Shown here in pieces: positions 18,204-29,350 of a stretch of DNA of 64,000 bases. Each line of letters begins with the position of its first letter. Position 1 is the first letter of the stretch. This DNA comes from Myxococcota bacterium. GTDB taxonomy: Bacteria > Myxococcota_A > UBA9160 > UBA6930. Below the pieces are notes generated by a model that was not told the origin of the DNA, searched no databases, and worked only from the letters and a program-made list of their open reading frames with translations. A program made the translations under genes and the position numbers. Location: NCBI GenBank assembly GCA_965223705.1, contig OZ245015.1:2880001-2944000 (forward strand), written 5' to 3'.

Positions 18204-20858
18204 CTAGACCGTCGCTGGATTCGGTTTCTTGGCGTCGATGCCGTAGCGCGCAATCGCGCGCCCGACGACTTCGCGGGGCAATTCACCGTCTTGCGCCAAG
18301 GCGTGAAGCGCTGCCACCACGATGAACGTGCGATCGATTTCGAAAAACTCCCGCAGCTTCTTTCGCGTGTCGCTCCGACCAAACCCGTCGGTCCCGAGAA
18401 CGTGATACCGGCGCGGCACAAACGCCCGAATCTGATCGGCATAAGCGCGCACGTAATCCGTCGACGCGATCACCGGGCCCTGGCGCGGCGTGAGACACTG
18501 CTCGACATAAGAGAGTCGCTTGGGTTCTTCGGGGTGAAGCAGATTGAAGCGGGCGGTTTCCGCTCCTTCGCGCGCGAGCTCGGTAAAACTCGTCGTGCTC
18601 CAGACGTCGGCGGCGACGTCGAAGTCCGCCTCGAGATGCTCGGCGGCGGCCAACACTTCGCGCAGGATCGCGCCGCTTCCGAGGAGCTGCACGCGAAGCT
18701 CTTTGTCGGCGCCTTCGCGCAAGAGGTACATGCCCCGCGTGATTCCGCGTTCTGAGCCGACAGGCAGCGGCGGATGCGCGTAGTTCTCATTCATCACCGT
18801 GACGTAGTAGAAGATGTTCTCGTGATCGCGATACATGCGTCGCAGACCATCTTGCAAGATGACGGCGACCTCGTAGGCGTACGTGGGATCGTACGCGCGG
18901 CAATTGGGGATTGCCGAAGCCATGAGATGACTGTGGCCGTCCTGGTGTTGCAACCCCTCGCCCGCCAAGGTCGTCCGTCCTGAAGTCGCGCCGAGGAGGA
19001 AGCCCCGAGCGCGACTGTCTCCCGCGGCCCATGCGAGATCGCCGATGCGCTGGAAGCCGAACATCGAGTAGAAGATGTAGAACGGGATCATCGGCGTGTT
19101 GTGGCACGAGTAGGACGTCGCCGCAGCGATCCACGACGCGAACGACCCCGCTTCGGTGATCCCCTCCTGGAGGATCTGGCCTTCGCGATCCTCGCGGTAG
19201 TACATGACTTGATCGGCGTCGACCGGATCGTAGAGCTGGCCCTTGGACGAATAGATGCCGAGGGTTCGAAACAAACCCTCCATGCCGAACGTCCGCGCTT
19301 CGTCGGGGACGATGGGAACGACGCGATCTCCGATCGATTCATCCCGCGTGAGAAGCGTCAGCATCCGAACGAAGGCCATTGTCGTCGAAAACTCTCGGTC
19401 GCCGCTTCCACTGGTCAGGGTTTCGAACGCATCGAGACCGGGGACTTCGAGGGTCTCCGCGCTCGGAGTGCGCGCCGGGAGAAAACCGCCGAGCGCTTCC
19501 CGCCGCTCGCGCAGATACGACATTTCCGCGCTGTCTTCCGCGGGTTTGTAGAAAGGCATCTCTTCGAGCTTCTCGTCGGGAATCGGAATTCGGTAGCGAT
19601 CTCGAAACGCCTGCAATGCCTCGGTGGTCGGCTTCTTCATCTGATGGGCGATGTTCACGCTTTCGCCGCCCTTGCCGAGTCCGTAGCCCTTCACCGTCTT
19701 CGCGAGGATGACCGTCGGCTGCCCCTCGTGAGACGCCGCCGCGGCGTACGCGGCGTAGACCTTTTGCGGATCGTGACCGCCGCGGTTGAGCCGCCAAATG
19801 TCGTCGTCCGTCATGTTCGCGACCATCTGCAGAAGCTCCGGGTATTTTCCGAAGAAATGCTCGCGAACATAGGCGCCGCCCTTCGCCTTGTAGTTCTGGT
19901 AGTCGCCGTCGAGGGCTTCTTCCATGCGGCGCAACAACAGACCGTCTTTGTCCTGGGCGAGTAGCGCATCCCACAGCCCGCCCCAGATCACTTTCAACAC
20001 ATTCCAACCGGCGCCGCGGAACCCGCCTTCCAGTTCCTGGATGATCTTTCCGTTGCCGCGGACCGGGCCGTCGAGCCGCTGGAGGTTGCAGTTCACGACA
20101 AAGATCAAGTTGTCGAGCTGCTCGCGGGCGGCGAGGGAAATCGCTCCGAGGGACTCGGGCTCGTCGGTCTCGCCATCGCCCATGAAGACCCAGACCTTGC
20201 GCCCGCTCGTGTCGAGCAAGCCGCGGTTGTGGAGGTACTTCATGAAGCGGGCCTGATAGATGCCCATGAGTGGCGCGAGCCCCATCGACACCGTCGGGAA
20301 CTGCCAGAAGTTCGGCATCAGCCAGGGATGGGGATAGGAGGACAGCCCTCCTCCATCGACTTCCCGCCGAAACGCGAGCAGCTGGTTCTCGCTGATGCGT
20401 CCTTCGAGAAACGCGCGAGCGTACATCCCGGGCGCGCTGTGGCCTTGGAAATAAACGAGATCGCCGCCGTGCTTGTCGGTCGGCGCGTGAAAGAAATGGT
20501 TGTAGCCGACGTCGTACAACGTTGCGGCGGACGCGAAGCTCGACAGGTGTCCGCCGAGCTCTTTGCTCGTCATGTTCGCCCGGATCACCATCGCCATCGC
20601 GTTCCAGCGGATGATCGAGCGAACGCGGTGCTCGAGCCCGGGCTCACCGGGCATGCGCTGCTCGTCCTGCGGTTGGATCGTGTTGACGTACGCCGTGGTG
20701 GCACGATGCGGCAGGTGCGCGCCGGATCGCCGCGCCTTGTCGATCAGGCTCTCGATCAGGAAGTGCGCGCGCTCGGGACCGTCTCGGTCGATCACCGAGG
20801 TCAGCGCGTCGATCCACTCGCGTGTTTCTAAGGCGTCGATGTCGTGGTCGTTAGCCAA
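18204..20858 (-). CDS. aceE: Pyruvate dehydrogenase E1, homodimeric type
   Basis: [53 protein letters not shown]. Confidence 0.98.
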   Translation of the reverse strand: MANDHDIDALETREWIDALTSVIDRDGPERAHFLIESLIDKARRSGAHLPHRATTAYVNTIQPQDEQRMPGEPGLEHRVRSIIRWNAMAMVIRANMTSKELGGHLSSFASAATLYDVGYNHFFHAPTDKHGGDLVYFQGHSAPGMYARAFLEGRISENQLLAFRREVDGGGLSSYPHPWLMPNFWQFPTVSMGLAPLMGIYQARFMKYLHNRGLLDTSGRKVWVFMGDGETDEPESLGAISLAAREQLDNLIFVVNCNLQRLDGPVRGNGKIIQELEGGFRGAGWNVLKVIWGGLWDALLAQDKDGLLLRRMEEALDGDYQNYKAKGGAYVREHFFGKYPELLQMVANMTDDDIWRLNRGGHDPQKVYAAYAAAASHEGQPTVILAKTVKGYGLGKGGESVNIAHQMKKPTTEALQAFRDRYRIPIPDEKLEEMPFYKPAEDSAEMSYLRERREALGGFLPARTPSAETLEVPGLDAFETLTSGSGDREFSTTMAFVRMLTLLTRDESIGDRVVPIVPDEARTFGMEGLFRTLGIYSSKGQLYDPVDADQVMYYREDREGQILQEGITEAGSFASWIAAATSYSCHNTPMIPFYIFYSMFGFQRIGDLAWAAGDSRARGFLLGATSGRTTLAGEGLQHQDGHSHLMASAIPNCRAYDPTYAYEVAVILQDGLRRMYRDHENIFYYVTVMNENYAHPPLPVGSERGITRGMYLLREGADKELRVQLLGSGAILREVLAAAEHLEADFDVAADVWSTTSFTELAREGAETARFNLLHPEEPKRLSYVEQCLTPRQGPVIASTDYVRAYADQIRAFVPRRYHVLGTDGFGRSDTRKKLREFFEIDRTFIVVAALHALAQDGELPREVVGRAIARYGIDAKKPNPATV

Positions 20859-21786
20859 GAGAACCCTCGCGTTTCTTCACCAGGCGCTGGAAGTCGTCGT
20901 CCGCATGGTACGACGAACGGGTAAACGGCGAAGCGGAGACCATGTCGAAACCCAACGACCACGCGTGTTCGGCGAGCGCGTCGAACTCCGCGGGCGGCAC
21001 GTACCGCTCCACCGGGAGGTTCCGCGGCGAGGGCCGGAGATATTGTCCGACCGTCAAGAAGTCGCAATCCGCGCCCCGCAGGTCTTCCATGACGGCGTGC
21101 ACTTCTTCCGTGGTCTCGCCGAGGCCGAGCATGATGCCCGACTTCGTGAAGATGCCCGGCGCGCGTGCTTTCACCCGCGCCAGGAGCTCGAGAGAATGGC
21201 GGTAGTCCGCACCGGGCCGGACGCGACGGTAGAGCCGCGGCACCGTCTCGAGGTTGTGGTTGTAGACGTCCGGACGGGCATCGGCGACCGCGTCGATGGA
21301 GCCCTCTTTGCGGCGAAAATCCGGTGTGAGCACTTCGACCGTCGTGTTAGGGGTGCGATTCCGAATGGCCGCGATCGTTTCGACGAAATGCGCGGCTCCG
21401 CCATCGGGGAGATCGTCGCGATCGACGGACGTCACGACGACATGACGCAGCCCCAGCTCAGCGATCGCCGAGGCGACGCGCTCCGGTTCTTCGGGGTCCA
21501 GGCGATCGCCGAGACCCGTTCGAATGTTGCAAAAACCACACGCTCGCGTGCAGACGCTGCCGAGGATCATCACGGTGGCGTGGCGCTGCGACCAGCACTC
21601 GCCAATATTGGGACACGCGGCCTCTTCGCAGACCGTATTGAGGGAGAGGCCTCGCATCAACGCCTTGGTCGCGGCATACTCCTCCCCGGAGGGAGCCCGC
21701 ACACGAAGCCAATCGGGCTTCCGAGCCGGTTGCGCCGAACCGGCGGAATGCTGCCCTTCGATGGAGATCAAATGCTGTTTGGCCAT
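20851..21786 (-). CDS. lipA: Lipoyl synthase
   Basis: [33 protein letters not shown]. Likely start at ATG 21786. Confidence 0.97.
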   Translation of the reverse strand: MAKQHLISIEGQHSAGSAQPARKPDWLRVRAPSGEEYAATKALMRGLSLNTVCEEAACPNIGECWSQRHATVMILGSVCTRACGFCNIRTGLGDRLDPEEPERVASAIAELGLRHVVVTSVDRDDLPDGGAAHFVETIAAIRNRTPNTTVEVLTPDFRRKEGSIDAVADARPDVYNHNLETVPRLYRRVRPGADYRHSLELLARVKARAPGIFTKSGIMLGLGETTEEVHAVMEDLRGADCDFLTVGQYLRPSPRNLPVERYVPPAEFDALAEHAWSLGFDMVSASPFTRSSYHADDDFQRLVKKREGSLG

Positions 21787-21905
21787 GCCCCACCCGGGTA
21801 TGAGCCTAGCAAAACGCCCCTTGCGGGGGGTCCGGGATATCCCCGAGACTGGCGGGCTCGGCGAGTCTCGCCGCGACCCCACCCGCAATACGTCCGGAGA
21901 ACTTG

Positions 21906-22787
21906 ATGTCGGAGAATCCCAACTTTTATCGCTTCCGCGGGACCGAAGGCTACATCGCGTCCGAACCCCTGATCGACGCGGTGAACTGCGCCCTGGCCCT
22001 CGAGCGTCCCCTTCTCATCAAGGGAGAGCCCGGCACGGGCAAGACCCTGCTCGCACAGCACGTCTCGGATGGTCTCGGGCTCCCGATGGAATCGTGGCAC
22101 ATCAAGTCGACGTCCAAAGCTTCGGAAGGGCTCTACGTCTACGACACGGTGCAGCGGCTCAACGACGCGCGCTTCGGTGACGGAGACGTCTCGGATATCC
22201 GGCACTACATCAAGCTGGGCCCGCTCGGTCGCGTGTTCAACGCGGAGAACCGACACGTCCTGTTGATCGACGAAATCGACAAAGCGGATCTCGAGTTCCC
22301 GAACGACATCCTCCTCGAGCTCGACGAAATGCGCTTCGACGTGATGGAGACCGGCGACGAAATTCGCGCGAAGCAACGCCCGGTCGTGATCATCACGTCG
22401 AACAACGAGAAGGAACTGCCCGACGCGTTCTTGCGTCGTTGCGTGTTCCACTTCATCGACTTCCCAGACCGCGATCTCATGAAGGAGATCGTGGACGTTC
22501 ACCATCCGAACCTCGACAACACGTTGCTCGATCAGGTCCTTCTCAAGTTCTACTGGCTCCGCGAGCAGGACGAGCTGCGGAAGAAGCCGTCGACGTCGGA
22601 GCTCATCGACTGGATCTCGGTGCTCTTGCGCGGCGGGATCACACTCGACCAGCTCGAAGCGCACATCCCGTTCCTGGGCGCGCTGCTCAAGAACGAGCAG
22701 GATACGGAAGCCCTCGCGGGCTACGAGGAAAAAGGCGGCAAGTACCCGAAGGAATGGAGCGACCTCGGGCCGCGCTACAACCAGTAG
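21906..22787 (+). CDS. MoxR-family AAA+ ATPase
   Basis: [38 protein letters not shown]. Confidence 0.95.
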   Translation: MSENPNFYRFRGTEGYIASEPLIDAVNCALALERPLLIKGEPGTGKTLLAQHVSDGLGLPMESWHIKSTSKASEGLYVYDTVQRLNDARFGDGDVSDIRHYIKLGPLGRVFNAENRHVLLIDEIDKADLEFPNDILLELDEMRFDVMETGDEIRAKQRPVVIITSNNEKELPDAFLRRCVFHFIDFPDRDLMKEIVDVHHPNLDNTLLDQVLLKFYWLREQDELRKKPSTSELIDWISVLLRGGITLDQLEAHIPFLGALLKNEQDTEALAGYEEKGGKYPKEWSDLGPRYNQ

Positions 22788-22801
22788 GGGGCGAGACGCG
22801 G

Positions 22802-23998
22802 ATGTTCCTCGATCTTTTCTACGGGCTGCGCGACGAAGGGGTCCCGGTCGCGATCCAAGAGTGGCTCATGCTGATGCAGGCCATTGCGGAAGGCCAGCAC
22901 GCGGCGAGTCTCGGCCACTTCTACCACATCTCCCGCGCCTGCTTGGTCAAGAGCGAAACCTATTTCGACTCGTTCGATCGGGTATTCGCGCGCGTCTTTC
23001 ACGGCGTCGAAGGCGAGTACGACGTCACCGACGAGATCATGGCGTGGCTGCAGGACCCGAAGAACCGCAAGGAGCTCACCGAAGAAGAGCGCGCCATGCT
23101 CGAGCACCTGAGCCAAGACGAGCTGATGAAAAAGTTTCTCGAGACGCTCGCGGAACAATCGGAGCGACACGACGGCGGCGGGCGCTGGGTGGGAACCGGG
23201 GGGCGTTCGCCCTACGGCAACAACGGTGAACACCCGACCGGTATTCGCGTCGGCGGCCAGAGCCGCAATCGCAGCGCCATGAAGGTGTGGGAAGAGCGCC
23301 GCTACACGGGCTATCGGACCGACCTGACGATGGACTTGCGGCAGACCAAGATGGCGCTCAAACGGCTGCGGCAGCTCACGCGCATCGGCCCCGAGGATCA
23401 GCTCGACCTCGACGCCACCATCGATACGACCTGCCGGAACGCGGGCGAGATCGAGCTCGAGTTCCGTGCCGAGCGCAAGAACAACGTGCGTCTGCTCTTG
23501 TTGATGGACGTCGGCGGCACCATGGATCCCTACTATGAGCCGGTAAGTCGGCTTCTGACAGCGCTCCACGAGGAGCGCGGGCTCCGCGATTTCCGCACCT
23601 ATTACTTCCACAACACGATCTACGATCGGTTGTACGAGACCGCGGCCCTCGACGCGAACAAATCCGTGCCGACCGGCGACGTCCTGCGGCGACTCGACAC
23701 GCGTTGGAAGCTTCTCGTCGTGGGCGACGCGGCCATGAACCCCGCGGAGCTCCTCGAGCCCTTCGGCAACATCGACCCGCGGCTCGTCAGCGAGACGACG
23801 AGCATGGTCTGGCTACACCGGCTGCAGGATCACTTCGACCGAAGCGTGTGGCTCAACCCGGATTCTCCAAAGCTCTGGGGACACACGCATACGACGCGGA
23901 TCATCGAGCGAATGTTTCCGATGTTCCATCTGAGCGTCGACGGAATTAGCGAGGCCGTCCAGGCGCTGGTCGGCGCGCGCCACGCCGCGGTGCACTAA
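22802..23998 (+). CDS. VWA-domain protein, MoxR partner
   Basis: ATG at 22802 (MFLDLFYGLR), HDGGGRWVGTGGRSPYG, LLMDVGGTMDP (MIDAS-like), VGDAAM. Confidence 0.9.
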   Translation: MFLDLFYGLRDEGVPVAIQEWLMLMQAIAEGQHAASLGHFYHISRACLVKSETYFDSFDRVFARVFHGVEGEYDVTDEIMAWLQDPKNRKELTEEERAMLEHLSQDELMKKFLETLAEQSERHDGGGRWVGTGGRSPYGNNGEHPTGIRVGGQSRNRSAMKVWEERRYTGYRTDLTMDLRQTKMALKRLRQLTRIGPEDQLDLDATIDTTCRNAGEIELEFRAERKNNVRLLLLMDVGGTMDPYYEPVSRLLTALHEERGLRDFRTYYFHNTIYDRLYETAALDANKSVPTGDVLRRLDTRWKLLVVGDAAMNPAELLEPFGNIDPRLVSETTSMVWLHRLQDHFDRSVWLNPDSPKLWGHTHTTRIIERMFPMFHLSVDGISEAVQALVGARHAAVH

Positions 23999-24007
23999 GC
24001 TCGCGTC

Positions 24008-24802
24008 GTGCGTGCGTATCTCGACCTCCTCCGCGACGTCCGAACGACCGGCACGCCGAAGAACGACCGCACGGGGACCGGAACCCTGAGCCGGTTCGGG
24101 GCGCAACTTCGCTTCCCCCTCGACCAGGGCTTTCCCGCCGTCACGACCAAGAGGCTCCATTGGCCGTCGGTTGCGCACGAGCTTCTGTGGTTCCTCCGCG
24201 GCGAGGGCAACGTGCGCTACCTCCACGAACATAAGGTGACCATCTGGGACGAGTGGGCCGATTCGAAAGGCGAGCTCGGTCCGGTCTACGGCGTCCAGTG
24301 GCGCTCCTGGCCCACTGCTTCGGGCCAGACGATCGATCAGCTCGCGGCGGTCATCGAAGAGATCCGCAACAACCCCGATTCGCGGCGACTCGTCGTCAGC
24401 GCTTGGAACGTCGGGGAGCTTCCTTCGATGGCCCTCCTTCCGTGTCACGTGCTGTTCCAGTTCTACGTCGCGGAAGGAAAGTTGTCGTGCCACCTCTACC
24501 AGCGAAGCGCCGACATCTTTCTGGGCCTCCCCTTCAACATCGCGTCCTATGCCCTGCTGACGCACCTCGTGGCGCATGTCACCGGGCTCGGGGTCGGCGA
24601 CTTCGTTCATTCGCTCGGAGACGTCCACCTCTACAACAACCACCTGGAGCAAGCGGACCGTCAGCTCGCGCGCGACCCCCTGCCGCTGCCGCGCCTCGAG
24701 CTCAACCCGAGCGTGAAAACCATCGACGCATTCCGATTCGAGGATTTGACGCTCCACGACTACGAACACCATCCCGCCATTAGCGCGCCGGTCTCGGTGT
24801 AG
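24008..24802 (+). CDS. thyA: Thymidylate synthase
   Basis: [48 protein letters not shown]. Confidence 0.98.
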   Translation: MRAYLDLLRDVRTTGTPKNDRTGTGTLSRFGAQLRFPLDQGFPAVTTKRLHWPSVAHELLWFLRGEGNVRYLHEHKVTIWDEWADSKGELGPVYGVQWRSWPTASGQTIDQLAAVIEEIRNNPDSRRLVVSAWNVGELPSMALLPCHVLFQFYVAEGKLSCHLYQRSADIFLGLPFNIASYALLTHLVAHVTGLGVGDFVHSLGDVHLYNNHLEQADRQLARDPLPLPRLELNPSVKTIDAFRFEDLTLHDYEHHPAISAPVSV

Positions 24803-24807
24803 AGCTC

Positions 24808-26364
24808 GTGGAACCGTTGAAGCTCCGCGACGCTTCCGGGCAGTTCCGTACGGTCCCCGACCGGCGGCCGGCGTGTATCGCCTTCGGCAAACGCGACTGC
24901 CCGACCTGCAACCTCGCGTTCCCCGTGTTTCGCACGTTCGCCGAAGCGTACGGCTCGTCGCTCGACGTCCTCTGGATCGCCCAGGACGCAGAGGGTGCGA
25001 CGGCCTGGGTCGACGAAGCCGGCCCGCTGCCGGTTCTCGACGACGCCGCGCTCGAAGCCACAATGCGCTTGGCGCCCGAAGCGGTACCCACGGTCTATTG
25101 GGTGACGCCGGGAGCCGACGCGGAAGTCACCTGTGTCGGCTTCGAGCGAGCGGAGTGGCAAGGGCTCTCTCAACGCCTTGCCCGCGAAGCGAACTGCGGG
25201 GAAGCCCGCGTCGATTGGAGCGAGCTTCCCGCGCTGCGGCCCGGGTGCGGCTCGCGGCATCTCGACCCCGCGGTCGCAGCGACCCTCGAGCTGCCACCCG
25301 GCTCCGAGCACCTGGAAGCGCGGCACCTACTTGTCGCCGACGGTGTCGACGAATACGAGTTCCTCGAAAGTCGCGGGCTCACCGACGGACTCCCCGTCGT
25401 CCCCCCGACCCCTGCACGCGTTCTCGCCATGCTCGAAGGCACGGCGCGATCACCCGACGCGGTCGTCGCTACCGTGCCCCCGAATCTCGCGCCGATCACC
25501 GTCGAAAAAATCGCGATCAATGCCGTCATGGCGGGTTGCGAGCCCACCTACCTCCCGGCCGTGATCGCCGGTGTCGAAGCGGTTTGTAGCGAGCGCTTCA
25601 ACCTCCACGGCGTCCTCGCGACGACGTTCTTCACGTCGCCGATTCTCGTCGTCAACGGCCCGGTCCGAGACGCCCTGTGCATGAACTACGGTGGGAACTG
25701 CTTGGGCCAGGGGAACCGCGCCAACCAAACGATCGGCCGCGCTGTACAGCTCGTGGTCCAAAACGTCGGGGGTGGCCGGCCAGGCGAAATCGATCGGGCC
25801 GTGATGGGGCAACCCGGCAAGACCAGCTTTTGCTTCGCCGAGCACGAGGCCCGCAGCAGCTGGGAGCCCTGGCACGTCGAGCGGGGCTTTCAGCACGACG
25901 CAAGCGCCGTGACGGCGTTTGCCGGTTCGGGCCCGATCGCGATCGTCGACCAGCTCTCGAGAACCGGTCGCTCGCTCGCAACGAGCTACGGGATGACCGT
26001 GGCGGCGAGCATGCACCCCAAGTTGTTCTCGCCCGATGTCGTGATCATCGTCCCGCCGGAACACGTCGATACCTTCGCTCGGGACGGGTTTACAAAAGAC
26101 GACGTCCGCGAAGTGATGCAGGAAGCCAGTCAGCGGCCGGCGAGCCGTCTCGCGCGCGACGCCGAGTGCGAAGAAGGCACGCCGGATTCGATCCTGGCGA
26201 AGTTCTCGCCAGACGCACCGGTCGCGAAATTCCCGTCTCCCGACAACATCCATTTCGTGGTCGCCGGCGGCGAAGCCGGCAAATTCGCGGCACTTCTCCA
26301 GGGATGGCCGGCCGGCGCCCTGGGTTCTTCGATTTCTACCGCTGTCATCGACGCGGACGCCTAA
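24808..26364 (+). CDS. Thioredoxin/TlpA-like CxxC domain fused to the conserved domain found next to UGSC-type proteins
   Basis: KRDCPTC, VPT (cis-Pro-like), PGCGS; GLTDGLPVVPPTPARV, AINAVMAGC, GNRANQTIGRA, VVAGG. Confidence 0.75.
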   Translation: MEPLKLRDASGQFRTVPDRRPACIAFGKRDCPTCNLAFPVFRTFAEAYGSSLDVLWIAQDAEGATAWVDEAGPLPVLDDAALEATMRLAPEAVPTVYWVTPGADAEVTCVGFERAEWQGLSQRLAREANCGEARVDWSELPALRPGCGSRHLDPAVAATLELPPGSEHLEARHLLVADGVDEYEFLESRGLTDGLPVVPPTPARVLAMLEGTARSPDAVVATVPPNLAPITVEKIAINAVMAGCEPTYLPAVIAGVEAVCSERFNLHGVLATTFFTSPILVVNGPVRDALCMNYGGNCLGQGNRANQTIGRAVQLVVQNVGGGRPGEIDRAVMGQPGKTSFCFAEHEARSSWEPWHVERGFQHDASAVTAFAGSGPIAIVDQLSRTGRSLATSYGMTVAASMHPKLFSPDVVIIVPPEHVDTFARDGFTKDDVREVMQEASQRPASRLARDAECEEGTPDSILAKFSPDAPVAKFPSPDNIHFVVAGGEAGKFAALLQGWPAGALGSSISTAVIDADA

Positions 26365-26373
26365 GGAGCTCTC

Positions 26374-26896
26374 ATGCCGGTGCTTCTCGACCCGACCGAC
26401 GAACGAAAACCCGTGACCCGCGACCGCACGCCGCGCCCCGGAAACCTCTCCGGCGTAGTCGGCCTCCTCGATATCAGCAAGGCCCGGGGAGACGTGTTTC
26501 TCGCGCACCTGGCCCACGAAGCTACGGCGGGAGCACCCCGATATCGAGGTGCGTACCTACCGGAAGCCGACGTTCGCGAGGCCGGCGCCGGCGGATCTCC
26601 GCCGGCAAATCGCGGAAGAGTGCGGGTTCGTGATCGAAGCCCTCGCGGATTGAGGCTCCTGCACGACGTGCAGTGTGCACGACACGGTCCACTTCGAATC
26701 TCTCGGAATTCCCTCGGTCTTCGTCGCGTCGAGCGTCTTCGAAGAAGCGGCAGACGCCCAGGCCGAAGCCCTGGGTCTTCCCGACGTCGCACGCGTCTTC
26801 GTGCCCCATCCTATCCAGGACGCGAACGACGCAGAGCTCGCCGAGCGCGCGGCAGCTGCCCTGCGCCCGATCGTCGCGTCACTCGCGGGAGGCTGA
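26374..26896 (+). CDS. UGSC-family selenoprotein (Sec at TGA 26651-26653), with a 1-nt frameshift near 26511-26521
   Basis: AAGGAG RBS. First frame reads MPVLLDPT..GLLDISKARGDVFLAHLA; the +1 frame reads TKLRREHPDIEVRTYRKPTFARPAP..VIEALAD-TGA-GSCTTCSVHD..GIPSV..VPHP. Confidence 0.85.
26659..26673 (+). promoter_or_regulatory. Candidate bacterial SECIS hairpin
   Basis: Perfect stem CTGCAC-GAC-GTGCAG begins 6 nt after the TGA. Confidence 0.45.
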
Positions 26897-27084
26897 GCCG
26901 GCAACTCCATCGGCGTTTCGTTGCGCAGCCGAACGGAAACTCGTCTCCTCGAGCTTGCCTCGGGAAATAAATTCGTCACCTAACCGGTGTGGGCGTGCAC
27001 CTACAGACCGTCGAAAGGCGGGCCGATAGGCCTGTCGACGATGATTGCTGTCTTCTCTGTTACGACCCTTAAGGGGACCTTGCC

Positions 27085-27693
27085 ATGACAACGACTACGC
27101 GGATCAAGCGAGCCCTACTCGCTTCCCTACTTGGAATCGCAGCGTTTGCTCTTCCGCTCGCAGCTTCGGCGGTCACCCTGACGTTCGATGACGCCGCAAG
27201 CCTGGGCGCCTATTCCGACCTGACCTTCAGCGGAAGCGCTTACATCTGGGATACGGCCGGCCACGAGTCGGTGCTGACGAATCCGCTGGGAACCCACTTT
27301 ACGACCGAAGACGTTCTCTGCGTATCAGCTGCGTGTGTGGGCTCCGTCGACATCACGTTCTCGAGTGACATGGACTTCGTCTCGGTTGCCGTTCTCTCCG
27401 GACCGGGAAGCGATGTGGTCTCCGCAGCGGCGTCTCTCGAAGCTTTCGATGCTTCGGGAAACTCGTTGGGCATCGCTTTCGCGGGTAGCGGTGTGCAATA
27501 CGACACGCTCTCGATCTCAGCAGTCGGCATCGCAAGCATCCGTCTCACGGGTGGCAGCGCCGTCGAAGTCTTCGACGATCTGACCTACGAGTCCGAGTCC
27601 GGTCAGGAACCGCCGCACATGCCCGAGCCGGGCGCTGCGCTGCTCTTTGGGCTCGGCATCACCAGCGTGATGCTGCGAAAGCGCGCTCGCTAG
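27085..27693 (+). CDS. PEP-CTERM sorting-domain protein
   Basis: Signal peptide; C-terminus MPEPGAALLFGLGITSVMLRKRAR. Confidence 0.92.
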   Translation: MTTTTRIKRALLASLLGIAAFALPLAASAVTLTFDDAASLGAYSDLTFSGSAYIWDTAGHESVLTNPLGTHFTTEDVLCVSAACVGSVDITFSSDMDFVSVAVLSGPGSDVVSAAASLEAFDASGNSLGIAFAGSGVQYDTLSISAVGIASIRLTGGSAVEVFDDLTYESESGQEPPHMPEPGAALLFGLGITSVMLRKRAR

Positions 27694-27722
27694 GGAGCTG
27701 CTCCGAACTTGCCTAGTTAACG

Positions 27723-27757
27723 CCGGGTGGTCCCGTTGGGGCCACCCGGTTTTTTTT
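27723..27757 (+). terminator. Rho-independent terminator
   Basis: CCGGGTGGTCCC-GTT-GGGGCCACCCGG followed by T8. Confidence 0.9.
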
Positions 27758-27869
27758 CGCCTTGCAAAAGCTTCGAAAAACGCGCGTCACCTATTCCTGC
27801 TTTCGGCCACTCACCCTCAGACATGCTGTGCGTGGCCCGTCCTGCGAAGCCACGCATGAGGTACAGGAA

Positions 27870-28468
27870 ATGATGAACCGCAACAGTCTCTCCACCCGAC
27901 GCTGGATCTGTGCTCTCTCGTTCGCGGCGGTGTTGTTCTTCCTCCCCGGCGCGGCCTCGGCACTCACCCTGACGTTCGACGACATGAGTGGCCTCGGCGA
28001 CGCACCGGAGGGTATTACGTTCAGCTCGGGCGCCTACATCTGGAGGACCCCCGGTCACACGTCGGTCTTGAGCAACCCCCTTGGAACTTACTATTCCACG
28101 GAAGACACGCTCTGCATCACCGCGTCCTGCATCGGCGCCGGTGATATCTACTTCGACTTCGAGATTGACGCCTTCTCGATCGTGGCTCTCTCCGGACCCG
28201 GCGTCGACCTACTCGGTTCCGGTGTCCAGATTGAAGCCTTCGATGCCGCCGGAAACTCTCTCGGCGTGGATGTCGCTGAAGCGCTCCAGTTTGATGTGCT
28301 CGCGATCTCGGCAGAAGGAATTCGACGCATTCGCTTGACTTCCACGAGCGCGGTCGAGGTGTGGGACGACATGAGCTACGAGACGGCACACACGCCCGAG
28401 CCCTCGACCGCCATTCTGCTCGGCGCGGGCCTCATGGCAATCGCTTCTCGGACCGCCGCCGACGCTAG
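27870..28468 (+). CDS. PEP-CTERM protein, paralog of 27085..27693, with its basic tail frameshifted
   Basis: Signal peptide; TPEPSTAILLGAGLMAIASR. RRRR-stop lies in the -1 frame at 28454-28468. Confidence 0.85.
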
Positions 28469-29350
28469 AGGTGGTCACAAACCGACTGGATCCCCTGCTC
28501 TACGGGAACCGTCGATAGCGTTAGGCAGCGCTTGCAGAATCGAGGTGTCCGCGACGAGATCTCCGTCGCGGACACCGTTTATTTCGAACTTCGGAGAGAT
28601 TCCGAGAACTTCCCCGGCCATTCGCGCGATTTTGGCGACGCTTGTCGGAATCGCGTTGCCGACGTTGATAGACCCCGGGCGGAGAGTTCGGACAGGGCCG
28701 CTTCGAGCACGCGGACAGCATCGTCTCGGTGAAGGAGCGAGACACGTAGCCCTTCAGTTGGGTGACCTTTCGCTGCGTGTCGGCTGCAAGACCACGGGTT
28801 CGCCTTTCGCCACGCGTGCCACGATGTCGGGCACCATCCTGCCGTCCTGCTTCGGCCCGTAGAGTGCGAACAGCCGGAGAATCACCGTCTCAAACTCGCC
28901 CCGGAAGAACGCCGAGCACCTCCTCCCCCATCCGCTTGCTCACCGCGTAGGGACCCTCCGGCTAGAGAGCGCCGAATCCGCAGCCACGTGGTGAGGGTCC
29001 CCGAGTCCGTAGACACTTCCTGTGGACGTGAGAACGAACCGAGAGACTCCCGGCGGCAACGTGGCGAGTTCTGCCGCGCGAACCACACCGAGCGTATTCA
29101 CCGCCACCACATCGCCGCGATCGATATCACCGCGGTAGTGCCTGGACTGTGCGGCGTAGACGGCTACATCGTGAGGCCCCACCTGAGGCGTCTCGAAGCT
29201 GCGTCAAATCGAAACGAATCGACCGGCAACCTTCGAGTTCATTGCCCCCTTGTCGGCCACAAGCTGGTCACGTCGTGTCCCGCTTCGACGAGTCGCGCTC
29301 GCCAACGCACTGCCCAGGTACCCAGTCGCTCCGAACAGAAGGACTCTCAT
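28465..29350 (-). pseudogene. NAD-dependent epimerase/dehydratase, multiply frameshifted
   Basis: Fragments in different frames: MRVLLFGATGYLGS, FVLTSTGSVYG, PYAVSKRMGE, VILRLFALYGPKQ, NVGNAIPTS, VPVEQGIQSVCDHL*. Confidence 0.75.

Noticed and set aside
15050..21786. Lipoyl-domain E3 and lipA in the PDH operon as a novelty
   Set aside because: This architecture is known in several bacterial groups.
21906..23998. MoxR-VWA as an anti-phage system
   Set aside because: It looks like the widespread chaperone-type pair, and no defence-associated genes are adjacent.
26522..26970. 198-aa ORF 26374..26970 as the real product
   Set aside because: Beyond about residue 48 it is Arg-rich and implausible. 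The conserved-looking sequence is in the +1 frame.
27000..27040. Possible c-di-GMP-I riboswitch (CCGTC-GAAA-GGCGG hairpin) before the PEP-CTERM gene
   Set aside because: Flanking GCAAA elements and the second stem with a tetraloop receptor are not convincingly present. Infernal would be needed.
28469..28862. C-terminal extension of the second PEP-CTERM ORF
   Set aside because: Artefact of the frameshift; it overlaps the antisense epimerase.
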